IMG/VR virus record: IMGVR_UViG_3300032323_001214
Span: 185,607 to 249,606 of that record
Reading direction: 5' to 3' (one strand)
DNA length: 64,000 nt
The notes below the pieces were generated by a model, which made no database searches, was not told the DNA's origin, and worked only from the letters and a program-made list of their open reading frames with translations. The position numbers and the translations under genes are program-made. This document shows positions 19,955 to 30,957 of this stretch, piece by piece (position 1 is the stretch's first letter; the number at the start of each line of letters is the position of its first letter).

Positions 19955-22923
19955 GCCAACAAAATATTGACTTTGGTACATTTCCTGATGATCCTGATGC
20001 CGATGCTATAAGAACAGCGTTTCAAAAAGTACAGAATAATTTCAGTGAATTATACACAGTTACATCGGATTCATCAGTAACGTCAGTAAACAGATCCTCA
20101 GGTTCTGGAATAACAGTTAACGCTCCTACGGGAAATGTAGTAGTTAGTGCAAACGTGTATAGGGTAGAAGTTTCTACATCTACACTAAGTATAGGTATAG
20201 GTGCAAACAATTTGCCATCCCCTGCACTATATACGTCCGGTTCACAAACACTAGTTATTGACTTACCGGCTAATATTACAACAAATAATCTTACAACTAT
20301 AGGTAATGCAAATATCGGTGGATATGCAAATGTGTTAGGTAATGTCACTGGTGGTAATTTAAACACAAGTGGTGTAGTGTCTGCTACAGGTAACATAACT
20401 GGTGGTAATTTAAACACAAGTGGTGTCGTGTCTGCTATTGGTAATATTACTGGCGGAAACCTAACAACCGTCGGGGCATTAAGTGTGACCGGTAACGCTA
20501 ACGTAGGAAACATAGGTGCTACTACTGGTGTATTTACAGGAAATATAACTTCTCTTAATGCAAATTTGGGCAATTCTGTATCAGCAAACTATTTTGTAGG
20601 TGATGGTAGTTTATTAACAAACGTCATCCCTACTGCAGGCCCTGTAATTTCAAATGGTACAAGTTATGTTAATGTGGCAACATCCGGTGGCAATATTGTA
20701 TCTAATGTTGCAGGAGCTACAATTTTAACGTTATCTGCATCTGGTTCAAATTTAACAGGCTATTCCAATGTAACAGGTAATATATCTGCATCCAATGCAA
20801 GCTTGGGTAATTCAGTAACTGCAAATTATTTTTTAGGAAATCTTTATGGTGCAGCCAACACTGCGGCAACGGTAACGTCGGCTACACAATCTAATATAAC
20901 AAGCGTTGGTACATTAACATCATTAGGTGTTAATGGAACTATTACTGCTGTTGCCGTCACTGCTAATACAGGTATATTTACTGGTAATGGTAGTGGATTG
21001 AGTGCAATAGCAGGTGCTAATGTTTTGGGGTTTGTTTCAAACGCTAATGTTGCTAATACTGCATATGCTGTAGCAGGTGCTAACGTTAGTGGTCAAGTAG
21101 GCTTTGCCGCAACAGCGAATGCTGTAGCAGGAGCCAATGTAAGTGGTGAAGTAAGCTTTGCCGCAACAGCGAATGCTGTAGCAGGAGCCAATGTAAGTGG
21201 TACTGTTGCTAATGCATCCCATTCAGCTACTGCAAACACTGTAACAACTGCGGCACAACCCAACATCACTAGTACAGGCACATTAATAAGTCTAGATGTT
21301 ACCGGAAACGTAACTGCGGGTAATATATATGCTAACGCAGGTACTATTGGTGCTAATCTGTTAACAGGTACATTAACAACTAATATCCAACCAAACATTA
21401 CACAAGTAGGAACACTAGTAGCACTAAACGTTACCGGTAATGCTGTAGTAGGAAATGTATATGCAAATAGTGGTACTATACAAGCAAACAATTTTGTAGG
21501 TAATGGTGCTGGACTAACAAATATATCAGTGAGTGCGGGAAGTTATATTGAAAACGGCAGTAGCAATATTTCTATTTCTGCGAATAGTAATGCATCATTT
21601 AATATTGCAGGTAACGCAAATGTTATGGTAGTTACTGATACTGGTGCAAACATTAATGGTTATGCTAATGTGTCAGGGAATATTACCGCAGGTAATGTAA
21701 CTGCTACTGGATTAACAGGCGCACTAATAACATCAACTCAATCTAATGTAACATCACTGGGCACACTAACTGGTTTAACAGTAAATGGTATAAGTAATCT
21801 AGGTCCTAATAGCAACGTCACCATTACAGGTGGCGTAGCAAATGCATTCTTGAAAACCAATGGTAGTGGAAGTTTGTCATGGGATACTGCTACATTAGTA
21901 CCGGCTCAAGGGTCCAATACACAAGTTATATTCAATGATGGTGGTTCTACATATGCTGGAAATGCAAATCTAGCATTCAATAAGACAACTGGTGCATTAA
22001 CAGTAGGTGGAAACGTAAACGCAGGAAATGTATCAGGCGGAAATACGGTTACCGCAAACTTTTTACAAGGTGTAATAACCACTGCTTCACAACCCAATAT
22101 AACTGAAGTAGGTTCATTGGGTTATTTAATTGTGTCAGGTAACTTAAATGCAGGCAATATAGTTGGTAATGGTAGTAATCTAACTGAATTGAATGCAAAT
22201 AATATATCAAGTGGTACCTTAGCACAAGCAAGACTTGCAAATAGTTCTCTTACTATTAATGGTTCTAGTATATCATTGGGTGGTTCCGGTACTGTAACCG
22301 CTAACACTACTCAAACATTGACTCTAGGTTCATTCTTAACTGGGACAAGTTTCAACGGTGGCACCGCAGTAACAGCCGCTGTAGATGCTACATCGGCAAA
22401 TACAGCAAGTAAAGTTGTTGCACGTGATTCAAGTGGTAACTTTAGTGCAGGTACAATTACAGCAACATTAAGTGGTGCGGCAACAAGTGCTACTACGGCG
22501 GGTACTGTAACAACAGCAGCACAACCTAACATTACTAGTGTTGGCACTCTATCAAGTTTAGCAGTAACCGGTAACGTTACAATGGCTAATAGTGTTGCAT
22601 CAACATTTACCATAACAGGTGTTACTACAGGTATTACTGCGGCTGGCACTGTTCAAGCAAACGCAACTGCCTTGACTAGAGCAATGAACGTTGTATCAAC
22701 TGTACCATCAGGTACTGGTGTAATATTACCTACAGCAGTTGCAGGTATGGTGGTCTACATTACAAATACTAATGCAAACAGTGTATTCGTTTACCCAGGA
22801 TCAGGTGCACAAATCAATTTGTTAGGAACTAACAATGCGTTCTCTCTTACTTCAAACGCAACAATAACATTTATAGCGCCTACAACAACTCAATGGTACA
22901 CACCAAGTGCCACATATGTATAA
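19951..22923 (+). CDS. Tail fibre / baseplate-associated fibrous protein
   Basis: IDFGT.PDD..D.IR.AF.K...NF.ELY N-terminus; G/N/T/A-rich repeats; repeated [11 protein letters not shown] motif. Confidence 0.75.
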   Translation: MSQQNIDFGTFPDDPDADAIRTAFQKVQNNFSELYTVTSDSSVTSVNRSSGSGITVNAPTGNVVVSANVYRVEVSTSTLSIGIGANNLPSPALYTSGSQTLVIDLPANITTNNLTTIGNANIGGYANVLGNVTGGNLNTSGVVSATGNITGGNLNTSGVVSAIGNITGGNLTTVGALSVTGNANVGNIGATTGVFTGNITSLNANLGNSVSANYFVGDGSLLTNVIPTAGPVISNGTSYVNVATSGGNIVSNVAGATILTLSASGSNLTGYSNVTGNISASNASLGNSVTANYFLGNLYGAANTAATVTSATQSNITSVGTLTSLGVNGTITAVAVTANTGIFTGNGSGLSAIAGANVLGFVSNANVANTAYAVAGANVSGQVGFAATANAVAGANVSGEVSFAATANAVAGANVSGTVANASHSATANTVTTAAQPNITSTGTLISLDVTGNVTAGNIYANAGTIGANLLTGTLTTNIQPNITQVGTLVALNVTGNAVVGNVYANSGTIQANNFVGNGAGLTNISVSAGSYIENGSSNISISANSNASFNIAGNANVMVVTDTGANINGYANVSGNITAGNVTATGLTGALITSTQSNVTSLGTLTGLTVNGISNLGPNSNVTITGGVANAFLKTNGSGSLSWDTATLVPAQGSNTQVIFNDGGSTYAGNANLAFNKTTGALTVGGNVNAGNVSGGNTVTANFLQGVITTASQPNITEVGSLGYLIVSGNLNAGNIVGNGSNLTELNANNISSGTLAQARLANSSLTINGSSISLGGSGTVTANTTQTLTLGSFLTGTSFNGGTAVTAAVDATSANTASKVVARDSSGNFSAGTITATLSGAATSATTAGTVTTAAQPNITSVGTLSSLAVTGNVTMANSVASTFTITGVTTGITAAGTVQANATALTRAMNVVSTVPSGTGVILPTAVAGMVVYITNTNANSVFVYPGSGAQINLLGTNNAFSLTSNATITFIAPTTTQWYTPSATYV
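20350..20451 (+). repeat. 51-nt in-frame tandem repeat ([17 protein letters not shown])
   Basis: Two near-identical copies. Confidence 0.85.
21101..21201 (+). repeat. 54-nt period in-frame tandem repeat ([15 protein letters not shown])
   Basis: Identical 47-nt blocks at 21101-21147 and 21155-21201; degenerate copies upstream. Confidence 0.9.
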
Positions 22924-22932
22924 GGAAATCAA

Positions 22933-23556
22933 ATGGTAACTATAGAATTATTAACAGCAATATGCCCAAAGACAAAACGCTCTATCTTAGAGGGTTATAT
23001 TGAGCCACTAAACACAGTAGCAGAATACTATGAGATGTTTGAGAATCCACGTAGAGTCGCAGGTTTCTTAGCACAGATTGCACACGAAAGCGGTGGCTTT
23101 ACTGCTGTAGTTGAAAATTTAAACTACAGTGCTAAAGGATTACTGGGAACATTTAAAAAATACTTTCCTACAGAAGAACTAGCAAAACAATATGAACGCA
23201 AACCAGAAATGATTGCAAATCGTGTTTATGCCAATCGTATGAAGAATGGTGATGAGAATAGTGGTGATGGATTTAGATTTAGAGGCCGTGGATTAATTCA
23301 ATTGACCGGTCGTGATAACTATACACGTTTTGCAGAAGCATTAGATATGAGTATTGAAGATACTGTAAAATATCTAGAAACACCAAATGGTGCTGTTGCT
23401 AGTGCTGGTTGGTTCTGGGACAACAATAAACTAAATCAGTTCTGTGATAAGGATGATTTTATTACATTAACAAAACGTATTAATGGCGGTACAATTGGTT
23501 TAGCAGATAGACAACATCATTATCACTTGGCATTACAACAATTAGGCGCACACTAA
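22933..23556 (+). CDS. Glycoside hydrolase family 19 lysin
   Basis: FLAQIAHESGG, ENLNYS, GDG.RFRGRGLIQLTGRDNY, TKRINGG. Confidence 0.9.
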   Translation: MVTIELLTAICPKTKRSILEGYIEPLNTVAEYYEMFENPRRVAGFLAQIAHESGGFTAVVENLNYSAKGLLGTFKKYFPTEELAKQYERKPEMIANRVYANRMKNGDENSGDGFRFRGRGLIQLTGRDNYTRFAEALDMSIEDTVKYLETPNGAVASAGWFWDNNKLNQFCDKDDFITLTKRINGGTIGLADRQHHYHLALQQLGAH

Positions 23557-23557
23557 T

Positions 23558-26050
23558 ATGGCACAACCGATTTGGAACACCTCAGCAGGAAGTTTAGGTT
23601 CGTATCCTAGTCAAATAGCAATGGCTATTCAATTATCTGCTTCTGCGGTATTACCGGCAACATCGGTGCAATATGCTTTGTTAAGCGGTACACTTCCTTC
23701 TGGTATATCAATTGATTCTGAAGGACTTATATACGGAACGCCAACGTTAGTAACACAAGACACAGTAACAACATTCACTGTGCGAGTTACTGATAATCTA
23801 TCTAACATACGTGATAGAACATTTTCTATTAATGTGTCCGGAACTGCTATTCCCCAATTTGTGACCCCAGAAGGCAATATATTAACAACACAGGATAGCA
23901 TCTGGATAGATTTACCTATTGCATACTCGAATCCAGAATCATCGAACCCAGTTATAATTGAAGTTCGTGAAGGAACATTACCACCGGGTTTAGAAATTAA
24001 TGAAGAGGGTATAATTAGGGGTTATGCACAGCCACCTTTAGTTAACATTACATTAAGCCCGGTTACAACAAATGCAACATTAACTCAGAGTGGAACTAAT
24101 TTAATTACATGTACTAGTACTAATTCTTTTACAGTAGGTAGACCTGTTGTATTTTCAGGTGCCACTTTTGGTGATATTGCAGAAGGAACTACCTACTATA
24201 TTAAAACAATAAACAGTACAACTACATTTACTATTACAACAACTCAAAATGGTTCAGTATTTCCTTTAGTGAATGCATCAGGATCTATGGGTGTAACATT
24301 ACCTGCAATATCTCAAGGTGCCCCTACTATCAGAACATATTCATTTACACTGAGACTATTCAGTCCGTTGGGTAGCGATATTGCATCATATTCAATGACT
24401 GTAGTAAATCAAAACACACCGGTGGGTCAAGGCGGCCCGGGCAAGTTACAAAATACTAGAATACCTACTATTTTAAATACAAGACCATTGACTTATAATC
24501 TCAATGATACTGATCCATACTATGGATATTATATTTTACCACCAGTGAGTCCTACAGTTAGCGCACCATTAGGGACATTCATAAGTGGTGATTATTTTGC
24601 ATTTAAAGTAATCGGTTATGACTTTGATGGTAATGTCTTATCTTATTCTTTTTCAGGCTTACCAAGTGAACTTACAGGTGATATTAATACTGGCTGGATT
24701 ACCGGCACTCCCACATTGACTACTCCTGGCATTAGCAATTATAGTTTTAGAGTTACTGTTTGGAAAGCAAGTAACCCTACTATTACTACACAGAATTTTA
24801 ATTTCACTTTTAATCTAAGCAAAGAAATAACAGGTAATATTATTTGGAACACCTTATCTGACTTGGGAACTATATTTAACGGTACTATTAGTACATTAGG
24901 TGTGAGTGCCACGTCCGATGTTCCTTTATCGTATAGAATCACTAGTGGGGCGTTGCCTCCTAATCTTACATTACTAGAAAATGGTCAAGTAACAGGACGT
25001 GTTGCAGACCAACCCACATCAACATTTTTAGAACAAAATGACTCTACTGAATTTACTTTTACTATACAAGCGTATTCGAATGAATATCCAATAGTGGAAT
25101 CTAGTAAAACATTTACACTAACTGTGTTGCAGGAATATAGTCAGCCTACGGATACATTATATATTAAAGCGACACCTAGTATATCTGATAGACAGTTACT
25201 AGAAACATTGTTATTGAACAACACAATCATTCCGGAAAATTATTTGTTCAGACCAAATGATGTGTATTTTGGAAAAGCTACAAGTGTTGTATATGAACAT
25301 GCATACGGTATATATTCTAATTCAATACAAGAATATCTATTAGCAGTTACACAAAATCACTATTGGAGAAATATCACATTAGGTGAAATTAAAACTGCTG
25401 TAGCAAAAAACAGTGCTGGAGAAATTGTGTACGAAGTAGTATACAGTGAAGTTATAGACAATTTAGTTAATCCTGCAGGTACAAGTGTGAGTCAAGAGAT
25501 TGTCTGGCCGCGTGATATTGATTTAAATTTAGGTCCATGGTATACAAGTATAACTGACATTTATACAAGTTATGCGAATGTATTAGGACAAGAGTACTAT
25601 ACTAGTTTGAGTTCAGGTACCGCTAGATATCTATACCCAAACAGTTTATTCAATATGCGTAATCGGGTAGCACAAGTATTGGGTCAAGAGTTTGACAGCA
25701 GATTATTACCATTGTGGATGACAAGCCAGCAAAGTAATGGTAGCACATTGGGTTACACACAAGCTTGGGTAATTGCATATACAAAACCAGGATATGCTGA
25801 AACTATTAAGAACAATATTAATACACTTTGGGTAGACCAATTTGGTAATAATTATAGACTAAATCAAATTAATTTCAACATCGATAGATTTACTGTAGAC
25901 AAGAGTGCAACATATAACTATGATACAAACACTCAACCAGCATCTTGGACTGGATTACCTAGCGGTACACCTGTCCCCTCTCCATTGGATAGTAAAGATT
26001 TCTATGTGTTATTCCCGAGACAAACAATTTTACCCGACGAGTCTCAGTAA
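23558..26050 (+). CDS. Structural protein with putative Ig-like (He_PIG) repeats, baseplate-associated
   Basis: Repeated SG.LPPGL.....G.I.G.P modules. Confidence 0.65.
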   Translation: MAQPIWNTSAGSLGSYPSQIAMAIQLSASAVLPATSVQYALLSGTLPSGISIDSEGLIYGTPTLVTQDTVTTFTVRVTDNLSNIRDRTFSINVSGTAIPQFVTPEGNILTTQDSIWIDLPIAYSNPESSNPVIIEVREGTLPPGLEINEEGIIRGYAQPPLVNITLSPVTTNATLTQSGTNLITCTSTNSFTVGRPVVFSGATFGDIAEGTTYYIKTINSTTTFTITTTQNGSVFPLVNASGSMGVTLPAISQGAPTIRTYSFTLRLFSPLGSDIASYSMTVVNQNTPVGQGGPGKLQNTRIPTILNTRPLTYNLNDTDPYYGYYILPPVSPTVSAPLGTFISGDYFAFKVIGYDFDGNVLSYSFSGLPSELTGDINTGWITGTPTLTTPGISNYSFRVTVWKASNPTITTQNFNFTFNLSKEITGNIIWNTLSDLGTIFNGTISTLGVSATSDVPLSYRITSGALPPNLTLLENGQVTGRVADQPTSTFLEQNDSTEFTFTIQAYSNEYPIVESSKTFTLTVLQEYSQPTDTLYIKATPSISDRQLLETLLLNNTIIPENYLFRPNDVYFGKATSVVYEHAYGIYSNSIQEYLLAVTQNHYWRNITLGEIKTAVAKNSAGEIVYEVVYSEVIDNLVNPAGTSVSQEIVWPRDIDLNLGPWYTSITDIYTSYANVLGQEYYTSLSSGTARYLYPNSLFNMRNRVAQVLGQEFDSRLLPLWMTSQQSNGSTLGYTQAWVIAYTKPGYAETIKNNINTLWVDQFGNNYRLNQINFNIDRFTVDKSATYNYDTNTQPASWTGLPSGTPVPSPLDSKDFYVLFPRQTILPDESQ

Positions 26051-26079
26051 TACTAAATATATGACGGAACATTAAAAAT

Positions 26080-28533
26080 ATGACAAGCGCAATAAACACA
26101 AACGGAATTAATGTAAACTATCCAGTACCCGGAGTTAATAATAACTCACAGGGTTTTAGAGATAATTTTACTGCCATCAGAACTAACTTAAACACTACTG
26201 CTACTGAGATAACAGACTTGCAAAATAAAGTTGTCGTCAAGCAAGCACTAGATGGTACTGTGATTAATAATGATATGGCTAATGCAGTCATTAGCAACGC
26301 AGTAACACGCAGTTTTAGGGCAAGTACTTATAATTTGGGTAACGCACTAAGTGGTACCGTATTAGTAGATGTATCATTGGGTGATGTACAATACGGAACT
26401 ATTGCTGGTAATACGATATTATCATTCGGTGGCTGGGCACCTAGTGGCACACAAAGTTCACTTGAACTAGTATTAGGATTTTCCAATGCACAAGCAGTAG
26501 TTAGTTTCCCCACTACCGTAATAAACAACGCAGATTATGGTTCTACTACTATCGAGAATTATAGTTCTGGTGGAAGCTTTTTAACAGTAACTGTACCATA
26601 CGGAGTCACACAACTAGGTTTTGATTTGTCCACTCTTGATTGCGGTAATTCAATTTATATTGCACCAACAAATCGTCCTAGACAATCAACACAGATATTC
26701 AATCGCACACCTCCGCCAACAGGCCAGCAAGGTGATGTTCAAGGTGCGTTCGCTATTGATCCATTACAAACAGCACAACCAACAACTTGTACTGCGACTG
26801 AAGGTACGTTTGAAATAATTACATGTAATAGTACCGCAGGTTTCTACTTAGATATGCCTATTGTATTTACTGGAAACGTGTTCGGTGGTATTACTGCTGG
26901 TACAACATATTATGTTAGAGTTATACCTTCAAGTACTACGTTTACTATATCTGCGTCTCCGGGTACTGTTTCAGGACCTAGTGCCGCAGTAAATTTAAGC
27001 ACCGCATCAGGTACAATGATTGCATCGCCGGTGCAATATCTATATGCTTCTACAGGTAATTACAATGGTAACATTGTTAGTAAGACAGCAACTAGTACTA
27101 CAGCTTCTTCAAATACACAAGCTGTAACATCAGTTGCGTCAACTGGTAATTTAATAACAGTTACTAGTACAGCAAATTATGCATTGAATGATCCTATTGT
27201 ATTTTCTGGCACAACGGGCGCACAGAATTCATTCATAACTTTCAACTTAGCAAACACTATTCAAATTAGTAGTGTCGCTGACTTTACAGTAGGTATGCCT
27301 GTCACATTTTTAGGCACTATTTGGGAAGGAAACTTAAATCAGGGAAATACTTTCTATGTGAATACTGTTCAACCTACAGTAACTGCAGGATTGATACAAA
27401 TACAAGGTCAATACACAATTGCAACGGCTGGAACAACTAACTTCACATTATTGGGAGCCGCAAACAATAACGTAGGTACTTCGTTCACTGCTACCGCAAA
27501 CGGATTATACACGTCAGGTAATTTTGTTATAGGACAACCATATACTATTGCTACTTCGGGTACTACTAACTTTGTAGCGTTAGGGTCAGCAAGTAATACT
27601 GCAGGCACCACATTTACGGCTACAGGTACAGGTTTAGTTAGCTCTGGTAGTTTTGTGGTAGGTGCAAGCTATACTATTGTTACTCCCGGCACAACAGATT
27701 TTACGTTATTAGGAGCCTCAAATAGTTTAGCAAATACAACATTTACGGCTACTGGAAACGGATTAATAACTGCAGGTAGTTTTGTGACTACAAAATCATA
27801 TACTATTGTTAGTGCAGGGTCAACTAACTTCACATTAATTGGAGCTGCTAATAACAATCCAGGCACTACTTTTGTTGCAACAGGGGCAGGTACTGGTACT
27901 GGAACTGCTAATCAAGGAAATGGTACAGCGGCACAAGGAACTGGAACTGCTGTACAAGGAACTGGCACAGCAGTGGCATCTGGTCAATTCACTGTAGCAA
28001 GTACTTACGGTGGTGCAAATATTGATTTAGCAGGCAATGTTAGTGGTACGCCAATGGTAGTTAGATATGGCGGCGTAATGTCAACTTATGCTAATGGTAA
28101 TATTACTAGTAATATTATATCAGGTACTACTTACTATGTTCAAAGCATTGCGTCAGGTACTACACTCACTATCTCTGCTACACCAGATGGTGCACCAATT
28201 CAATTGTTTAATGCTACTGGTCCAGCGTCAGGTCCTCAGTCTATGAATGCCACTGTGACAACAAATTTTACCATTACTGTCAACAATACTAATTCGTTAG
28301 TAGTGAATGATGCTATCATCTTTACTGGAAACGTATTTGGTAATATAACTGCAAATGTTCCATACTATATAAGTAGCATTGACACTGGAAATTCACAAAT
28401 AACGATATCAAGTACACGTTACAATGGTATTGCTGGACAAATTAAACCTTTAACTACAGCTAGTGGTTCTATGACTGCAAACAGCATTCAGGGAACTAAT
28501 ATTTGGAAAAGATTACCACTCAACAGTTGGTAA
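26080..28533 (+). CDS. Tail fibre / appendage protein
   Basis: YPVPG.NN.SQGFRDNF N-terminus, beta-rich repeats, W.R..L..W C-terminus; late box at 26052-26059. Confidence 0.7.
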   Translation: MTSAINTNGINVNYPVPGVNNNSQGFRDNFTAIRTNLNTTATEITDLQNKVVVKQALDGTVINNDMANAVISNAVTRSFRASTYNLGNALSGTVLVDVSLGDVQYGTIAGNTILSFGGWAPSGTQSSLELVLGFSNAQAVVSFPTTVINNADYGSTTIENYSSGGSFLTVTVPYGVTQLGFDLSTLDCGNSIYIAPTNRPRQSTQIFNRTPPPTGQQGDVQGAFAIDPLQTAQPTTCTATEGTFEIITCNSTAGFYLDMPIVFTGNVFGGITAGTTYYVRVIPSSTTFTISASPGTVSGPSAAVNLSTASGTMIASPVQYLYASTGNYNGNIVSKTATSTTASSNTQAVTSVASTGNLITVTSTANYALNDPIVFSGTTGAQNSFITFNLANTIQISSVADFTVGMPVTFLGTIWEGNLNQGNTFYVNTVQPTVTAGLIQIQGQYTIATAGTTNFTLLGAANNNVGTSFTATANGLYTSGNFVIGQPYTIATSGTTNFVALGSASNTAGTTFTATGTGLVSSGSFVVGASYTIVTPGTTDFTLLGASNSLANTTFTATGNGLITAGSFVTTKSYTIVSAGSTNFTLIGAANNNPGTTFVATGAGTGTGTANQGNGTAAQGTGTAVQGTGTAVASGQFTVASTYGGANIDLAGNVSGTPMVVRYGGVMSTYANGNITSNIISGTTYYVQSIASGTTLTISATPDGAPIQLFNATGPASGPQSMNATVTTNFTITVNNTNSLVVNDAIIFTGNVFGNITANVPYYISSIDTGNSQITISSTRYNGIAGQIKPLTTASGSMTANSIQGTNIWKRLPLNSW
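27385..27900 (+). repeat. Four ~43-aa tandem repeats (YTIxTxGTTxFxLLGAxxNxxGTTFTATG)
   Basis: Visible in the translation of 26080-28533. Confidence 0.8.
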
Positions 28534-28546
28534 ATAAATACATTGG

Positions 28547-28777
28547 ATGGAACATCCTTTTATTAACGATTTATCTGATAAGTCACTTGAAGATTTGCAA
28601 AATGCTATCAGTGACTTAATGGGTAAACTCAACTTTGCACATAGAACCGGCAACGGAGCACTCATTCATCAACTCTATATGGTTATTGATAGCTATAAGA
28701 AAGAGTATAACAAAAAGATGGATGAGTTAATTGCCAAACAAAATATGAGCAACAAAATTAACATTCAAAAAGACTAA
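28547..28777 (+). CDS. Hypothetical protein
   Basis: 76-aa helical ORF after AATAAATA box. Confidence 0.7.
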   Translation: MEHPFINDLSDKSLEDLQNAISDLMGKLNFAHRTGNGALIHQLYMVIDSYKKEYNKKMDELIAKQNMSNKINIQKD

Positions 28778-28778
28778 C

Positions 28779-29378
28779 ATGGCAACTAGAATCCAACGTG
28801 ACTTCACATTCCAAGCAGGCGTATATTTTCAAGAACAATTTTATATGAACGTATATGACATGACATTATCAATGTCAGTTGAAACAGATAATTTATATGA
28901 ACAAAATATTGCTATTAATAGAATCAAATGTTTTTTGGCTGAATGTTTAGAGAACAGCATATTTGTACAAGATAGTGAGAAAAAGGTCATTGACAAATAT
29001 CGTGCGGCCGATCTGAAAGTATCATCACTACCAGAAGAACCATATGATCAAATTATATGTTTGGCATTGATATGCAAATTAAATGCAATTCTTGAAGGTA
29101 GATTAGTTGTCGATGAAATTGAATTTGGATCAGAATTAAGTGACGAAGTTAGATTCACACACTATATTGATGACTCAATTGGACCTTTTGAAAAAGAAGG
29201 CTGGTGGCGTGATTCAGGTACATCTATAAATGACTTCAACAAACTTAATAAAAAAGACAAAATTGTTAAGCTAGTAAAGAATGGGAATAGTGATTGGGCC
29301 GAATTTGGTTTATTGTGGAAAGATAAATCAAAAAAGGACACACCCGAAATTATCTTTACCACAGATATTGACAAGTAA
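28779..29378 (+). CDS. Hypothetical protein
   Basis: 199-aa ORF, tightly packed in operon. Confidence 0.7.
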   Translation: MATRIQRDFTFQAGVYFQEQFYMNVYDMTLSMSVETDNLYEQNIAINRIKCFLAECLENSIFVQDSEKKVIDKYRAADLKVSSLPEEPYDQIICLALICKLNAILEGRLVVDEIEFGSELSDEVRFTHYIDDSIGPFEKEGWWRDSGTSINDFNKLNKKDKIVKLVKNGNSDWAEFGLLWKDKSKKDTPEIIFTTDIDK

Positions 29379-29396
29379 CAATTTACATGTCATAAT
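29368..29396 (+). promoter_or_regulatory. Sigma70-type promoter
   Basis: TTGACA-17 nt-CATAAT with TG extension. Confidence 0.75.
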
Positions 29397-29402
29397 GTAC
29401 AA

Positions 29403-29912
29403 ATGAAGACTGATTTGTACGGGCAACTTATTTTCACAGAACAAGACCTATGTGATTTATATATGTGCGATCCCACACGCACAATGAAGAATACCCTTGT
29501 GGAAACAGCAATAGAATTCAACGGATTCTTATCACTAGAAAACCTACCCGAACTTAAAACATACCAATCACCTAACTTGTCTATTGAGGACTTTGACCAA
29601 ATCAATCAAGACAAATGGTTAATGCCCAAAGAATATTATGACTTAGATATTGCTAAATGGGTACTAGATCAATGCCAGGGTGAAGCTGAACTACAACGTG
29701 CAGGTGATGAACTATTAAAATTTCATGATCGGGGAATATTTACTTTATTAAAGTATCTAAAATATCTAGTAGATACTATGCGCAAACATAATATAGTTTG
29801 GGGAGTAGGAAGAGGATCAAGCGTAGCAAGTTTTGTATTGTTTTTGATCGGTATTCATCGTATAAATAGTTTGTACTATGGTCTTTCCATAGATGAATTT
29901 TTAAAGGATTAA
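29403..29912 (+). CDS. Stand-alone fragment of DNA polymerase III alpha (DnaE)
   Basis: R..EL......YL.YLVD.MR..N.VWGVGRGSSVASFVLFLIGIH matches the DnaE GxGRGS region. Confidence 0.75.
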   Translation: MKTDLYGQLIFTEQDLCDLYMCDPTRTMKNTLVETAIEFNGFLSLENLPELKTYQSPNLSIEDFDQINQDKWLMPKEYYDLDIAKWVLDQCQGEAELQRAGDELLKFHDRGIFTLLKYLKYLVDTMRKHNIVWGVGRGSSVASFVLFLIGIHRINSLYYGLSIDEFLKD

Positions 29913-29915
29913 ATA

Positions 29916-30275
29916 ATGGCTAAATTTAGAACAGCAATGGGAAAAGTAGTTGACATGGCTGCATTGCAGTCACGTAATGAAAAAGTAAGAGCAGTTGGTA
30001 ACATGAAAGTAAACGCCCGCGGTGATACAATCGATGGTTACGGGAGAGTTATCAAACCTGTTACTACCAAAGTAAACGAAGCATATGCTAACACAGTAGG
30101 CAACAGATCATCCCACCAACTCAGATCAAAAAATAAACCAGAACCGGATAAGCCTAAAATTGATATCAGTGAATTGACCGAAATAGAAAAAGAATTAGAA
30201 GCATCATTTGAAGAAGATGCCGAAATCGAAGAAATCAAAGCACAAGAAACCAAAACAAAATCTACAAAAAAATAA
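29916..30275 (+). CDS. Hypothetical protein
   Basis: 119-aa ORF with SD. Confidence 0.7.
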   Translation: MAKFRTAMGKVVDMAALQSRNEKVRAVGNMKVNARGDTIDGYGRVIKPVTTKVNEAYANTVGNRSSHQLRSKNKPEPDKPKIDISELTEIEKELEASFEEDAEIEEIKAQETKTKSTKK

Positions 30276-30643
30276 TGAGCAAACCAGCATTTTCACCAAC
30301 AAAAGTTAATAAATTAACATATTTTAAGGATCATATCATTGTAAGTGATATGAAGTTTGAGGAACGTATCACTCAAGGTGGTATTATCTTAATGGACGAT
30401 GACAAGAAAAGTTCTGGCATCCGTCCCCGTTGGGCAAAGATATATGGACTAGGTCCTGATGTAAAAGATCCTGACTTACAAATCGGTAAGTATATTCTTA
30501 TCAGTCATGGACGTTGGACACGCGGTATTACAGTTGAAACGCCAGTGGGTAAAGTCACGTTGCGCAAAGTAGATCCTAATGATATACTACTTGTATCGGA
30601 CGAACCGATGGAAGATGAAACAATGAGTGATAAGGTATATTAA
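30275..30643 (+). CDS. groES: GroES-like co-chaperonin
   Basis: D.IIV...EERITQGGIIL mobile loop, GLGP, IG..IL, DILLV. Confidence 0.75.
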   Translation: MSKPAFSPTKVNKLTYFKDHIIVSDMKFEERITQGGIILMDDDKKSSGIRPRWAKIYGLGPDVKDPDLQIGKYILISHGRWTRGITVETPVGKVTLRKVDPNDILLVSDEPMEDETMSDKVY

Positions 30644-30957
30644 TGAAATGGTTTTATAGATGGTTGGATAATAAAATTCAAAATTCTCGATATGAGGAAG
30701 ATGATGGACCTGCAACACTGAACAGTGTTCGCCCTAAAAGTCGTAGAGGAATAACAACAGTAAGAGAAAGTGATGACTTTGCAAGCGAGCCAATACAATT
30801 TAGAATGTATAAGGCAGCAGGTGGCTGGGCAATTGAGTTTAGACAATATGATAACAGAAATGATAGAATAGATACATCATTATATGTTGTCAGTGATGAA
30901 GAAGAACTTGGTAAACATATTTCACAAATTATTACTATGGAAGCGTTAAGGCGATGA
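30643..30957 (+). CDS. Hypothetical protein
   Basis: 104-aa ORF coupled to neighbours. Confidence 0.65.
   Translation: MKWFYRWLDNKIQNSRYEEDDGPATLNSVRPKSRRGITTVRESDDFASEPIQFRMYKAAGGWAIEFRQYDNRNDRIDTSLYVVSDEEELGKHISQIITMEALRR

Noticed and set aside
20022-27866. Numerous minus-strand ORFs, and similar shadow ORFs elsewhere such as 595-1038 and 38855-39325
   Set aside because: They are antisense shadows of long genes with biased codon usage and show no SD or recognisable motifs.
19951-28533. Diversity-generating retroelement or invertase system at the fibre genes
   Set aside because: No reverse transcriptase or recombinase is present, and no template/variable repeat pair with adenine-specific mismatches was seen.
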